A stretch of DNA of 32,000 bases from Cupriavidus necator (GTDB lineage: Bacteria; Pseudomonadota; Gammaproteobacteria; Burkholderiales; Burkholderiaceae), in assembly GCF_016127575.1 (NCBI RefSeq), contig NZ_CP066018.1, forward strand, positions 3,690,001 through 3,722,000, in the 5' to 3' direction. Positions 23,974 through 32,000 of this stretch are shown in pieces; position 1 is the stretch's first letter, and every line of letters begins with the position of its first letter. The notes beneath the pieces are model-generated. The model was not told the DNA's origin. It searched no databases and saw nothing but the letters and a program-made list of their open reading frames with translations. A program made the translations under genes and the position numbers.

Positions 23974-25134
23974 ATGAAATCCAATACCGCACTGCTAGCG
24001 CTCGCCATCGGCGCCTTCGGCATCGGCACCACCGAATTTGCCCCGATGGGGTTGCTCCCCGTGATCGCCGAAGGCGTCGACGTCAGCATCCCCACCGCGG
24101 GGATGCTGATTACCGCGTACGCGGTTGGGGTGATGGTCGGCGCGCCGGTGATGACCCTGCTGTTCAGCCGCTTCGGCAAGCGCGCCGCACTGATGGCGCT
24201 GATGGCCATCTTCACCGTTGGCAACCTGCTGTCGGCGCTGGCGCCGGGATACGCCACGCTGCTGGCGTCGCGCCTGGTCACCAGCCTCAACCATGGCGCC
24301 TTCTTCGGCCTTGGCGCCGTGGTGGCCGCGAGCGTGGTGCCGAAGGAGAAGCAGGCCAGCGCCGTGGCAACGATGTTCATGGGACTGACCATCGCCAACA
24401 TCGGCGGCGTGCCGGCGGCAACCTGGATCGGGCAGCAGGTCGGCTGGCGCCTGGCGTTCGCCGGCACCGCGGTGCTGGGGCTGGTCGCCATTGCCGCGCT
24501 TTGGCTGGCGTTGCCGCAGGGCGAGCGCGGCACCCCGCCCAATGTGCGCCGGGAACTGGCCGTGCTCACCCGCCCGCCGGTGTTGCTGGCGATGGCGACA
24601 ACGGTGCTGGGCGCGGGCGCCATGTTCACGCTCTACACCTATATCGCGCCGGTGCTTGCCGATCTCACCGGCGCATCCGACACCTTCGTCACCGTCTCGC
24701 TCGTGCTGATCGGCATTGGTTTCACGGTCGGCAATCACGTGGGGGGACGGCTCGCGGACTGGTCGCTCGATGGCGCGACGAAGATCGTCCTTTCGGCGCT
24801 CGCCATCATCATGCTGGTGCTCCCCTTCGCCCTCTCCCACCACGTCACCGCGGCCCTTGGACTACTGGCCTGGGGAGCCGCGACCTTCGCGGTCGTCCCG
24901 CCGGTGCAGATGCGGGTGATGGAAGCCGCGGCGGAAGCACCGGGACTCGCCTCGTCGATCAACGTCGGCGCGTTCAATCTCGGCAATGCCCTGGGCGCAG
25001 CGCTCGGTGGCGGTGTCATCAGCCTGGACCTCGGCTACAGTGCGGTGCCAGTCGCTGGCGGCCTGCTGGCTGCGGCGGGATTCCTGGTGGTGTGGCTCAG
25101 CCGGGCAGACAGGCGCGCCCTGGTCGCTTCGTGA
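23974..25134 (+). CDS. MFS transporter, DHA1 (AraJ/YdhP-like) efflux type
   Basis: N-terminus LALAIGAFGIGTTEFAPMGLLPVIAEGVDVSIPTAGMLITAYAVGVMVGAP is typical of this subfamily. 12 hydrophobic spans. Confidence 0.9.
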   Translation: MKSNTALLALAIGAFGIGTTEFAPMGLLPVIAEGVDVSIPTAGMLITAYAVGVMVGAPVMTLLFSRFGKRAALMALMAIFTVGNLLSALAPGYATLLASRLVTSLNHGAFFGLGAVVAASVVPKEKQASAVATMFMGLTIANIGGVPAATWIGQQVGWRLAFAGTAVLGLVAIAALWLALPQGERGTPPNVRRELAVLTRPPVLLAMATTVLGAGAMFTLYTYIAPVLADLTGASDTFVTVSLVLIGIGFTVGNHVGGRLADWSLDGATKIVLSALAIIMLVLPFALSHHVTAALGLLAWGAATFAVVPPVQMRVMEAAAEAPGLASSINVGAFNLGNALGAALGGGVISLDLGYSAVPVAGGLLAAAGFLVVWLSRADRRALVAS

Positions 25135-25235
25135 GCGCTGTGTCGGCGCCCACGCGTCTCGCACCAATCCAGTGAGAGAGCAGGCGTCCCGCGCCGGTGA
25201 CGAGTGCCCGCTTGCCTCTCACTGAGAAGCCTGAC

Positions 25236-26549
25236 TCAGGCGGGAACCGCCGATCCGTACGGAACGTCCTTGTGCCCATAGCGCCGTACGCGGATGTTGG
25301 CCTGCTCGCCGTGCGCGGTCATGCCCTCGATGGCGCACAGCCGCGAGCAATACGACCCGATCATGGCGCTGGCTTCATCGGTCAGCACCTTCTGGTAGGT
25401 GCAGGTCTTGATGAATTTGCCGACCCACAAGCCGCCCGAGTAGCGGGCCGCCTTTCCGGTGGGAAGCGTGTGGTTCGTGCCGATGACCTTGTCTCCGTAA
25501 GCGACGTTCGTGCGCGGACCGAGGAACAGCGCGCCGTAGTGCTTCATGTGCTTCAGGAAGTAGTCCGGGTCGCGCGTCATCACCTGCACGTGCTCGGATG
25601 CAATGCGGTCCGCCTCGCTGACCATCTCTTCCAGCGTATCGACGACGATGACCTCGCCATAGTCGCGCCAGGACACGCCGGCGGTGTTGGCCGTCGGCAG
25701 AATGTTCAGGATTCTCTCGACCTCGGCCATGGTCTCTTGCGCCAGCTTGAGCGAGTTCGTCAGCAGCACGGCCGGCGTATTGAAGCCATGCTCGGCCTGG
25801 CCCAACAGGTCCGTCGCGCACAGTTCGGCATCCACGCTGTCGTCGGCAATGACGAGCGTTTCGGAGGGCCCGGCAATCAGATCGATGCCGATCCGCCCGA
25901 AGAGCTGGCGCTTCGCTTCCGCGACAAACGCGTTGCCGGGGCCTACCACCATCGATACCGGATCGATGGTTTGCGTGCCCAATGCCATGGCAGCGATGGC
26001 CTGCACCCCGCCGAAGGTGTAGATCTCGTCCGCACCGCCGAGATGCATGGCCGCGACGACTGCGGGATTCGGCCTGCCTTGAACCGGCGGAGAAGCGGTG
26101 ATGATGCGGGACACGCCTGCCACCTTGGCCGTCACGACACCCATATGGGCAGAAGCCACCAGGGGAAACTTGCCGCCCGGCACATAGCAGGCCACGCTGT
26201 CGACCGGCATGTTCTTGTGGCCGAGGACTACACCGGGGAGCGTTTCCACTTCGATATCGCGCAGCGATTCGCGCTGCGCCTGGGCAAAGTTGCGCACCTG
26301 TGCCTGGGCGAACCTGATGTCATCGAGCTGCCCCGGCGACAGGGAACGCACGCAGGCTGCGATCTCGTCTTCGGACAGACGGAAGCTTGCCGGCTGCCAG
26401 TCATCGAACTTCGCGGACAGTTCCGCGACCGCTGCGTCGCCACGTTCGGCGACATCCGCGAGAATCGCGGTCACGGTGTCGCGTACTTTCGCTGCGTCCT
26501 GCGACGACGCGTTGGCGCTGCGGCCATGCTTGAGGTGCTGGATTGCCAT
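25236..26549 (-). CDS. histidinol-dehydrogenase-family (HisD paralog) NAD-dependent dehydrogenase
   Basis: ATG 26549 (MAIQHLKHG..) follows AGGAAC. HisD blocks ..[16 protein letters not shown].., LLGQAEHG and ..[13 protein letters not shown]... It stands alone, not in a his operon. The track ORF start at 26705 is unsupported. Confidence 0.85.
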   Translation of the reverse strand: MAIQHLKHGRSANASSQDAAKVRDTVTAILADVAERGDAAVAELSAKFDDWQPASFRLSEDEIAACVRSLSPGQLDDIRFAQAQVRNFAQAQRESLRDIEVETLPGVVLGHKNMPVDSVACYVPGGKFPLVASAHMGVVTAKVAGVSRIITASPPVQGRPNPAVVAAMHLGGADEIYTFGGVQAIAAMALGTQTIDPVSMVVGPGNAFVAEAKRQLFGRIGIDLIAGPSETLVIADDSVDAELCATDLLGQAEHGFNTPAVLLTNSLKLAQETMAEVERILNILPTANTAGVSWRDYGEVIVVDTLEEMVSEADRIASEHVQVMTRDPDYFLKHMKHYGALFLGPRTNVAYGDKVIGTNHTLPTGKAARYSGGLWVGKFIKTCTYQKVLTDEASAMIGSYCSRLCAIEGMTAHGEQANIRVRRYGHKDVPYGSAVPA

Positions 26550-26713
26550 TTGCTGTTCCTGAGGTGGGAAAGGAAACTTGCCCTGTGATGCGGCAAGCGC
26601 AGTGAAATGCAATGTACGCGCAGATTTGCATGCAAGGCTGGTGCAAAACCTCAAGAATTTCCCTATCTGGCACCAGCATCCGGCCCAACAGGCATTAGCA
26701 TTCACGCAAACGA

Positions 26714-27769
26714 ATGCAAATCATGCAGCCAGAAAACATCAAGCGAGGCGACAAGCCGACGAACAAGGTCACGCTGGACGCGGTCGCGCAACGGCTTGGC
26801 GTATCCGTTTCGACAGTGTCCCGGGCATTGGCCGGGCACCCTGCCATCAGCATGCAAACGCGTGACGCGGTGATGGCGGTGGCAGCAGACATGGGCTACC
26901 GCGTGCCAACGGAGGGGCGGCGCGCCAAGAAGACATCGACGAAGCTGATTGGCGTCGTCGTCGGGGCGCTGCATAACCGCTTCATGACGCTGTTCCTGAC
27001 GCATCTGCACGATGCCTTGCAGGAGTACGGCTATCAGATCACGTTGATGATCGATTCGATGAACGATGCCCGCAATCTCCTGGCGTTCCGGCCCTTGATC
27101 GACGGATACCTGGATGGGCTGATCTTCGCCACCGCGACGCTGGATTCGCCCGTCGTTGCGGAAATGCAGGCCCGAGGCGTGCCGCTGGTTCTCGTCGTGC
27201 GGTCCGTGGACAGGGTCAGGACCGACATTGTCGAGATCGACAACATCCACGCCGGCGCGGTCGCCGTCGAGCATCTGTTCCAGCTTGGCCATCGGCGCAT
27301 CGGCCTGCTCATGGGGCCGCAGAACACCTCGACCAGCCGCGATCGGGCACAAGGCGCACTCAGGTGGCTGGCGGATGCGGGCGTGGATGCGAACCGTATC
27401 GCGCTCGTGTGGGGGGATTACACCAGCGAGTCGGGCTACTCCAGCGCGATGGGAATACTCGATGGGCCGGACCGGGTCACGGCCATTGTTGCCGGCAATG
27501 ACACGATTGCCCTGGGTGTGCTGGAGGCCGCAAAGCGGCAAGGCATCGAAGTCCCGGGGCAGTTGTCCATCATTGGCTTCGACGACATGCCGCTCGCCGG
27601 ATCGCCATTGGTGGGGCTGACGTCGATCCAGCAACCCGTCGAGGCCATGGCCCGGACGGCGGCGCGCCGCATGATAGAGCGCATTGGGGCGGGAGCACTG
27701 ACGCCGCCTGTCCACGATATCCTGCCCATCAAGCTTGTGCGCCGGGAATCCACGGGGCCTGCTGCATAG
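26714..27769 (+). CDS. LacI-family transcriptional regulator
   Basis: [31 protein letters not shown], followed by a periplasmic-binding-protein-like sugar-binding fold (..[20 protein letters not shown]..). Divergent from the HisD paralog. Confidence 0.9.
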   Translation: MQIMQPENIKRGDKPTNKVTLDAVAQRLGVSVSTVSRALAGHPAISMQTRDAVMAVAADMGYRVPTEGRRAKKTSTKLIGVVVGALHNRFMTLFLTHLHDALQEYGYQITLMIDSMNDARNLLAFRPLIDGYLDGLIFATATLDSPVVAEMQARGVPLVLVVRSVDRVRTDIVEIDNIHAGAVAVEHLFQLGHRRIGLLMGPQNTSTSRDRAQGALRWLADAGVDANRIALVWGDYTSESGYSSAMGILDGPDRVTAIVAGNDTIALGVLEAAKRQGIEVPGQLSIIGFDDMPLAGSPLVGLTSIQQPVEAMARTAARRMIERIGAGALTPPVHDILPIKLVRRESTGPAA

Positions 27770-27795
27770 GGAATCTGCGGGATTGGGGTGGGAGG

Positions 27796-27863
27796 GGCCC
27801 TGACTTCGTTGAGGCGCCGGCCCTCACCCCCGGCCCCTCTCCCGCGGGCGGGAGAGGGGAGCA
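27796..27863 (+). repeat. REP-like element, copy 2
   Basis: GGCCCTGACTTCGTTGAGGCGCCGGCCCTCACCCCCGGCCCCTCTCCCGCGGGCGGGAGAGGGGAGCA. Hairpin at 27834-27859. Same orientation as copy 1, with a few substitutions and a 1-nt indel. Confidence 0.85.
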
Positions 27864-27954
27864 AACCAGCAGAATTGTCCCTGCAGCCCCGCGCCATCGA
27901 TGCGAACCGGATTTCCATCGATAACGGCCTGATGAAGATACCGTCGTAATGGCA

Positions 27955-27993
27955 CTGCACCCCGTCAGCCGGATTCCGGCTAACGGGGTGCAG
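27955..27993 (-). terminator. long GC-rich hairpin downstream of the AKR-SRPBCC operon (no U-tract)
   Basis: CTGCACCCCGTCAGCCGG-ATT-CCGGCTAACGGGGTGCAG: an 18-nt arm with one mismatch, 35 nt after the stop of the small ORF. No T-run follows on the minus strand, so this is a stabiliser or Rho-independent-like element at best. Confidence 0.3.
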
Positions 27994-28027
27994 CGCAGGT
28001 GGCGCGGCGGCGCGCCATCCCACGGAT

Positions 28028-28147
28028 TTACTCGCCGTACTGGAACAGAAGGCGCCCTTCGCCAGGCACGCCAACAGCCGCCTGCGCCGGTCCCAACGCT
28101 CCTAACATGAGCGCGAAAGCCAGCGACAAGGCCATCAGCCCTTTCAT
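28028..28147 (-). CDS. hypothetical 39-aa signal-peptide-bearing ORF translationally coupled to the SRPBCC gene
   Basis: Not in the ORF track (<60 aa). The ATG (28145-28147) overlaps the SRPBCC stop as ATGA. Translation: MKGLMALSLAFALMLGALGPAQA/AVGVPGEGRLLFQYGE*. GC3 is about three quarters, lower than neighbouring genes. No family recognised. Confidence 0.3.
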   Translation of the reverse strand: MKGLMALSLAFALMLGALGPAQAAVGVPGEGRLLFQYGE

Positions 28148-28569
28148 GATGCCGCCCCGGCCAGCGTTGCCTCCAGTGCCTTGAGGCCGTCCCGATAGAT
28201 GCCCTCGAACAGCCGCGATGCCTCGTCATCGCTCACGCCGGCCGGCGTGAACTGGCCGGACCATTCGACGCGCGATGCCTGGTCCCCGTCGATGCCGACC
28301 ACGCGCAGCGTGGAGCGGTAGCCGGTGACCGGGAACGGCGCCTGCAGGATCGAGTACGTGTAGCTGCGCGCGCTGTTGTCGAAGGCCTCGAGACGTTCGA
28401 CGATGGCGTCGCCGTCCGGATTGACGAGGCTGCGCACGCGGCCGCCCTCGCTCAGTTCGCTCTTGGGGATATACGGCAGCCAGTCGGGCAGCGAATCGAA
28501 GCCTCCAATCAGTTGCCAGACGCGGTCCGGTGCAACCGGCAGCGTGATCGTTGCAGAAGCTTGTGCCAT
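28144..28569 (-). CDS. SRPBCC (Bet v1 / polyketide-cyclase-like) family protein
   Basis: 141 aa. ..ITLPVAPDRVWQLIGGFDSLPDWLP..VERLEAFDNSARSYTYSI..RVEWSGQF.. is the typical SRPBCC pattern. It starts 32 nt after the AKR stop. Confidence 0.85.
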   Translation of the reverse strand: MAQASATITLPVAPDRVWQLIGGFDSLPDWLPYIPKSELSEGGRVRSLVNPDGDAIVERLEAFDNSARSYTYSILQAPFPVTGYRSTLRVVGIDGDQASRVEWSGQFTPAGVSDDEASRLFEGIYRDGLKALEATLAGAAS

Positions 28570-28601
28570 GGTGGACTCCTTGAATCGAATGTGGTCCCGG
28601 A

Positions 28602-29621
28602 TCAGTTGCTGTCGCCAGGCAGCGGCGCATTTGCCGCGACCAGGTGCTGCTCGCGCAGCTCGCGCCAGAAATCGGCGGGAATGACCGCCTTCAGCGCGGC
28701 GGTGTCCTCGGCGATGCGCTCGGGCCGGCTTGCACCCGGGATCACGGCGGCGACCGCCGGGTTGGCCAGCACGAACTGCAGCGCGGCGGCCTTGATGCTG
28801 ACGCCGTGGCGTTGCGCGATCGCCTTGATGCGCTCGACCTTGCTGATGATCTCGGGCGGCGCCTTCTGGTACTCGAAGTGCGAGCCGCCGGCCAGGATGC
28901 CCGAGCTGTACGGGCCGCCGACCACGATCTCGGTCTTGCGCTCCGCGGCCTTGGGCATCAGGCGCTGCAGCGCGCGCTCATGGTCGAGCAGCGAATAGCG
29001 GCCCGCCAGCAGGAAGCCGTCCGGCTGCGCTTCAGTCAGGTCCAGCGTCAGTTCGATCGGCTCGACGCGGTTCACGCCCAGGCCCCAGGCCTTGATCACG
29101 CCCTCTTCGCGCAGCCGGGTCAGCACCTTGAAAGCGCCTTTGCGGGCGGTCTCGAAATAGGCCAGCCACTCGTCGCCGTAGAAGTCCTGGGCGATGTCGT
29201 GGACCCACACGATGTCGAGGCGGTCGGCCTTCATCCGCTTGAGGCTGTCCTCGATCGAGCGCAGCGTGGCGTCCGCCGAGTAGTCGTTGACCAGCTTGTT
29301 CGGGCGGCCGGCGGCGAACAGGCCACTTTTCTCGCCCAGCGCCCGCGCGCTGGCGTCTTCGACTTCGTCCAGGATCAGGCGGCCGACCTTGGTGCTGAGC
29401 ACGTATTCGTCACGCGGGTGCCGGGACAGCGCTTCGCCCAGCCGGATTTCGGCCAGGCCCGCGCCGTAGAACGGCGCGGTGTCGTAGTAGCGCACGCCTT
29501 GCGCCCAGGCCGCGTCCACGGTGGCCTGCGCCTCCGCTTCCGGGATGTCGCGGAACATATTGCCCAGCGGGGCGGTACCAAAGCCGAGTACGTTACCGGC
29601 CAGTTTGTCCTTGATGCTCAT
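28602..29621 (-). CDS. aldo/keto reductase (aldose/pyridoxal-dehydrogenase-like subgroup)
   Basis: ATG 29621 is preceded by GGAG. LGFGTAPLGNMF.., YYDTAPFYGAGLAE, ..VWVHD.. and ..VIPGASRPERI.. are AKR blocks. The track ORF start at 29669 is unsupported. Confidence 0.9.
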   Translation of the reverse strand: MSIKDKLAGNVLGFGTAPLGNMFRDIPEAEAQATVDAAWAQGVRYYDTAPFYGAGLAEIRLGEALSRHPRDEYVLSTKVGRLILDEVEDASARALGEKSGLFAAGRPNKLVNDYSADATLRSIEDSLKRMKADRLDIVWVHDIAQDFYGDEWLAYFETARKGAFKVLTRLREEGVIKAWGLGVNRVEPIELTLDLTEAQPDGFLLAGRYSLLDHERALQRLMPKAAERKTEIVVGGPYSSGILAGGSHFEYQKAPPEIISKVERIKAIAQRHGVSIKAAALQFVLANPAVAAVIPGASRPERIAEDTAALKAVIPADFWRELREQHLVAANAPLPGDSN

Positions 29622-29640
29622 GACTGCTCCACAAATTAAG

Positions 29641-29691
29641 TTGGGGTGAAGGCAGTCTAGGGTTGCCAATTAAGTCTGTCCAAGACAGAAT
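29641..29691 (-). promoter_or_regulatory. promoter-like module B: ATTCTGTCTTGGACAGAC-N12-CCTAGACT-N4-TCACCCC (minus strand)
   Basis: -35 TGGACA (29677-29682), a 17-nt spacer, -10 TAGACT (29654-29659). The predicted start site lies ~26 nt upstream of the AKR ATG and ahead of its GGAG, so the geometry is correct. GTCT-N5-AGAC dyad overlaps the -35. Divergent from the LysR gene at 29735. Confidence 0.45.
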
Positions 29692-29734
29692 TTGAAAGAC
29701 TTGATTCCTTAGAGGTCTGAATTCAGGACTGGAC

Positions 29735-30661
29735 ATGCTAGATATCCGCCAACTTCACTATTTCGTGGCCGTGGCCGAAGACGAGCACGTCGGACGCGCC
29801 GCCGAACGGCTCCATATCTCCCAATCGCCACTTAGCCGGCAGATTGCCCAGCTCGAGGAAAAGCTCGGGCTGGTGTTGTTCGAGCGCTCCCAGCAACGCA
29901 TCCGGCTCACACGCGACGGCCGCACGTTCCTGGCCGAAACCCGCGCATTCCTCACGCATGCCAACCGGCTCGAATCGCTGGCGCGACGGCTTGGCCGCGG
30001 CGACGAAGGCGGGCTGTGCATCGGCTACCTGGAATACGCGATGCACTCGGGCGTGCTGCCGAATGCCTTGCGCGAACTGCGCGACAGCCGGCCTGCGGTG
30101 CATATCGCGCTGTACAACCAGCAGTCGGACGTTCAACTGGAGGGGCTGCGCCAGCGCAGCCTCGACATCGCACTCGTCTGCGAGCCGCCGCCACCTGACG
30201 ATCCAGACCTCGAGGCTGCCCAGGTGCTCAATGATCCGATGCTGCTGGCGCTGCCCGAAGGGCACCCGCTTGCCAAAGCGGAGCAGCTCAGCCCGGATGA
30301 CCTGGCTGCGCAAAAATGGATCGGCGTGATGCACCAAGAAACCGCGCTGCGGCACGACACGTTCATCGCGGCTTGCGCCAGAGCCGGCTTCACGCCGACG
30401 ATCACCATGGAGGCGACCGAACCGCTAGCCGCCCTGGGACTCGTGGCCGCGGGACTCGGCGTGACCACGATCCAGCAAAGCCTGCGCCACCAGGCGCCAC
30501 CGGGCGTGGTGCTGCACGAGCTGTCGTGGTTCAGCTATCGCACGCCCTTGTGGGCGGCCTGGCACAAGGTCAACCTGCGGCCGCTGGTGGAGATCTTCCG
30601 CAAGACGTTGCTGCAGACGAGTGGCGTGGTGCCGGAGCTCGCAACGGCGCAGGCGGGCTGA
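29735..30661 (+). CDS. LysR-family transcriptional regulator, divergent from the AKR-SRPBCC operon
   Basis: HTH MLDIRQLHYFVAVAEDEHVGRAAERLHISQSPLSRQIAQLE, followed by a LysR effector domain. Confidence 0.9.
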   Translation: MLDIRQLHYFVAVAEDEHVGRAAERLHISQSPLSRQIAQLEEKLGLVLFERSQQRIRLTRDGRTFLAETRAFLTHANRLESLARRLGRGDEGGLCIGYLEYAMHSGVLPNALRELRDSRPAVHIALYNQQSDVQLEGLRQRSLDIALVCEPPPPDDPDLEAAQVLNDPMLLALPEGHPLAKAEQLSPDDLAAQKWIGVMHQETALRHDTFIAACARAGFTPTITMEATEPLAALGLVAAGLGVTTIQQSLRHQAPPGVVLHELSWFSYRTPLWAAWHKVNLRPLVEIFRKTLLQTSGVVPELATAQAG

Positions 30662-31124
30662 CGCACCGTCGCTCCCTGAGGTGGCGTGAGCGGGTGCAGA
30701 CGACCGCCGTTCAATGGCGCAGAAAGCTATTGTGTCGGCTTTCGGTCCTGTCGTTGCCATGAAGCCGCTGGCTGTTCCTTCCCTCGCCAACATTGCTGTT
30801 GAGGACCGCTAATTCTATGACTGGCGGCCACTAACTCCGCGACCGTGGCGTGTCGGCAAGGTGTTGGTAGCGTTCGCGACGCCGGACCGCTCCTCGCCCG
30901 ATCCGACTGATCACAGCATTGAGATTGCCGCTGTGGACGAAGGGATGGTCTCGAGGCGGCGGTCGTGAACCTCGCAGACCGTCGGCCGACGGACTCAGCC
31001 ATTCTCGTTTCCAGCGGGGCGAGAAGAGGTTCTGATAATCATATAGCCAGCCTCCCTCCGTTCGGGTCGAACGGCTGGCGTAGAGTCGAATTGCGAATAC
31101 CGACGTGACGCACAGGAGGCCGGC

Positions 31125-31200
31125 ATGAACAAGTTTAGTGGAATCGACCTGCACTCGAACAACAGTGTGGTTGTGGTCAGCGATGAAGCTGACCGGGTTA
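31125..31200 (+). mobile_element. 5' stub of an IS110-family (IS1111-like) transposase gene
   Basis: AGGAGG then ATG 31125 gives MNKFSGIDLHSNNSVVVVSDEADRVIYQR. This matches the characteristic GIDLHSNN N-terminus of that transposase group. Similarity then stops and a stop codon follows. The upstream ~100 nt contains a GCCAGCC..GGCTGGC hairpin, as expected for an IS left arm. Confidence 0.5.
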
Positions 31201-31298
31201 TCTACCAACGCCAACGGTCGCTCGAATCTCGTCGCCTGTCAAAGGCTCGCGTGGCCTGATCGCGTTCTTCTTTGATGGCTGATCGTGGGCGGATTGCG

Positions 31299-31925
31299 TT
31301 ATCTTCCGCCCTTCGCGGTCGTATATGCCGTAATCAAGTTCCGATAATCCGGAATATGATTCGAGAACAAGGTTCCCAGCCCTTCGATGTCGTTGCGCCA
31401 GTCGCGATGCAGTTCGCAAGCGACGCCGAACCAGGTCATCAGTTGTGCACCGGCTTCGGCCATGCGGTGCCATGCCGATTCGCGCGTCACTTCATTGAAT
31501 GTCCCTGACGCATCGGTCACGACGAACACATCGTATCCTTCTTCGATCGCAGATAGCGCGGGAAACGCCACGCAGACTTCGGTCACCACTCCGGCGATCA
31601 ACAACTGCTTCTTGCCCGTTGCCTTGACAGCCTTCACGAAGTCCTCATTGTCCCAGGCATTGATCTGGCCAGGGCGTGGAATGAACGGCGCGTCGGGGAA
31701 CATCGTCTTCAGTTCCGGCACCAGCGGGCCGTTAGGGCCGTCTTCGAAGCTGGTGGTCAGGATCGTCGGCAGCTTGAAGTATTTCGCCAGATCCGCCAGC
31801 GCGAGGACGTTGTTCTTGAACTTGTCCGGCTCAATGTCGCGCACCAGCGACAGCAGGCCGGCCTGATGATCCACCATCAATACCGCCGCCTGGCTTTTGT
31901 CCAGACGCTTGTAGGTCTTGCTCAT
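31299..31925 (-). CDS. isochorismatase-family cysteine hydrolase (YcaC-like)
   Basis: ATG 31925 is preceded by GAGGAG. ..AAVLMVDHQAGL.., ..QLLIAGVVTEVCVAFPALSA.. (catalytic Cys) and ..VFVVTDASG.. are present. GC is visibly lower than most of the window. Confidence 0.85.
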   Translation of the reverse strand: MSKTYKRLDKSQAAVLMVDHQAGLLSLVRDIEPDKFKNNVLALADLAKYFKLPTILTTSFEDGPNGPLVPELKTMFPDAPFIPRPGQINAWDNEDFVKAVKATGKKQLLIAGVVTEVCVAFPALSAIEEGYDVFVVTDASGTFNEVTRESAWHRMAEAGAQLMTWFGVACELHRDWRNDIEGLGTLFSNHIPDYRNLITAYTTAKGGR

Positions 31926-32000
31926 CTTGGGCTCCTCGTAGATGCGCGTCCGGGTACAAGAATTTGCACGGCCCAAACACGCTTGGTCATACCTGCTGCA

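Noticed and set aside
25135-25235. Imperfect long-range inverted repeat CAGTGAGAG..CTCTCACTG between the convergent MFS and HisD-paralog genes, considered as a bidirectional terminator.
   Set aside because: It has a 9-bp stem with a ~37-nt loop and no flanking T/A runs. The thermodynamic support is doubtful without folding software.

Overview
A visibly GC-rich, NNS-codon-biased window that looks like accessory DNA of a Cupriavidus/Ralstonia-type betaproteobacterium (Bug/TctC receptor, REP-like hairpin repeats). I found no rRNA, tRNA or CRISPR. All calls are by eye from the translations and DNA, with no database search, and pseudogene borders are approximate.

Layout:
(1) 1-6.6 kb: an orphan acyl-CoA / beta-oxidation-like cluster. 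It holds a CoA ligase, a TctC-type binding protein, and an operon of thiolase, MaoC dehydratase, PanE-like reductase and crotonase, plus an HxlR regulator.
(2) 6.6-12.3 kb: a decayed mosaic of foreign DNA.
- A livG'-livF-cyclase' operon stub truncated at both ends.
- A vapB/vapC pair carrying a frameshift and a nonsense codon.
- A tyrosine-integrase pseudogene split into two pieces. Between them sits an intact secreted S8 subtilase, preceded by a perfect ~18-copy heptanucleotide repeat.
(3) 12.3-21.8 kb: LysR plus a CoxL/M/S-type molybdenum hydroxylase, CoA ligase, crotonase and MFS transporter. The architecture matches the published hmfR1-hmfABCDE-hmfT1 2-furoyl-CoA (furfural/furoate) pathway of Cupriavidus basilensis. 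The large subunit is fused to a CoxG/SRPBCC domain.
(4) 21.8-30.7 kb: small redox and efflux units.
- A secreted D-x-Y-x-D-G-A-R repeat protein.
- An OYE alkene reductase and an MFS exporter.
- An orphan HisD paralog with a LacI regulator.
- An AKR-SRPBCC-(39-aa ORF) operon with a LysR regulator.
(5) 30.7-32 kb: an IS110-family transposase stub and a lower-GC isochorismatase-family gene.

I do not see a convincing multi-gene novel system such as a defence island. The best leads are:
- The heptamer VNTR and palindrome in front of the subtilase inside the dead integrase.
- A ~50-nt promoter-like module shared by two loci 7.7 kb apart.
- A promoter-to-terminator unit that could be a small RNA or attenuator.
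- The uncharacterised repeat protein.
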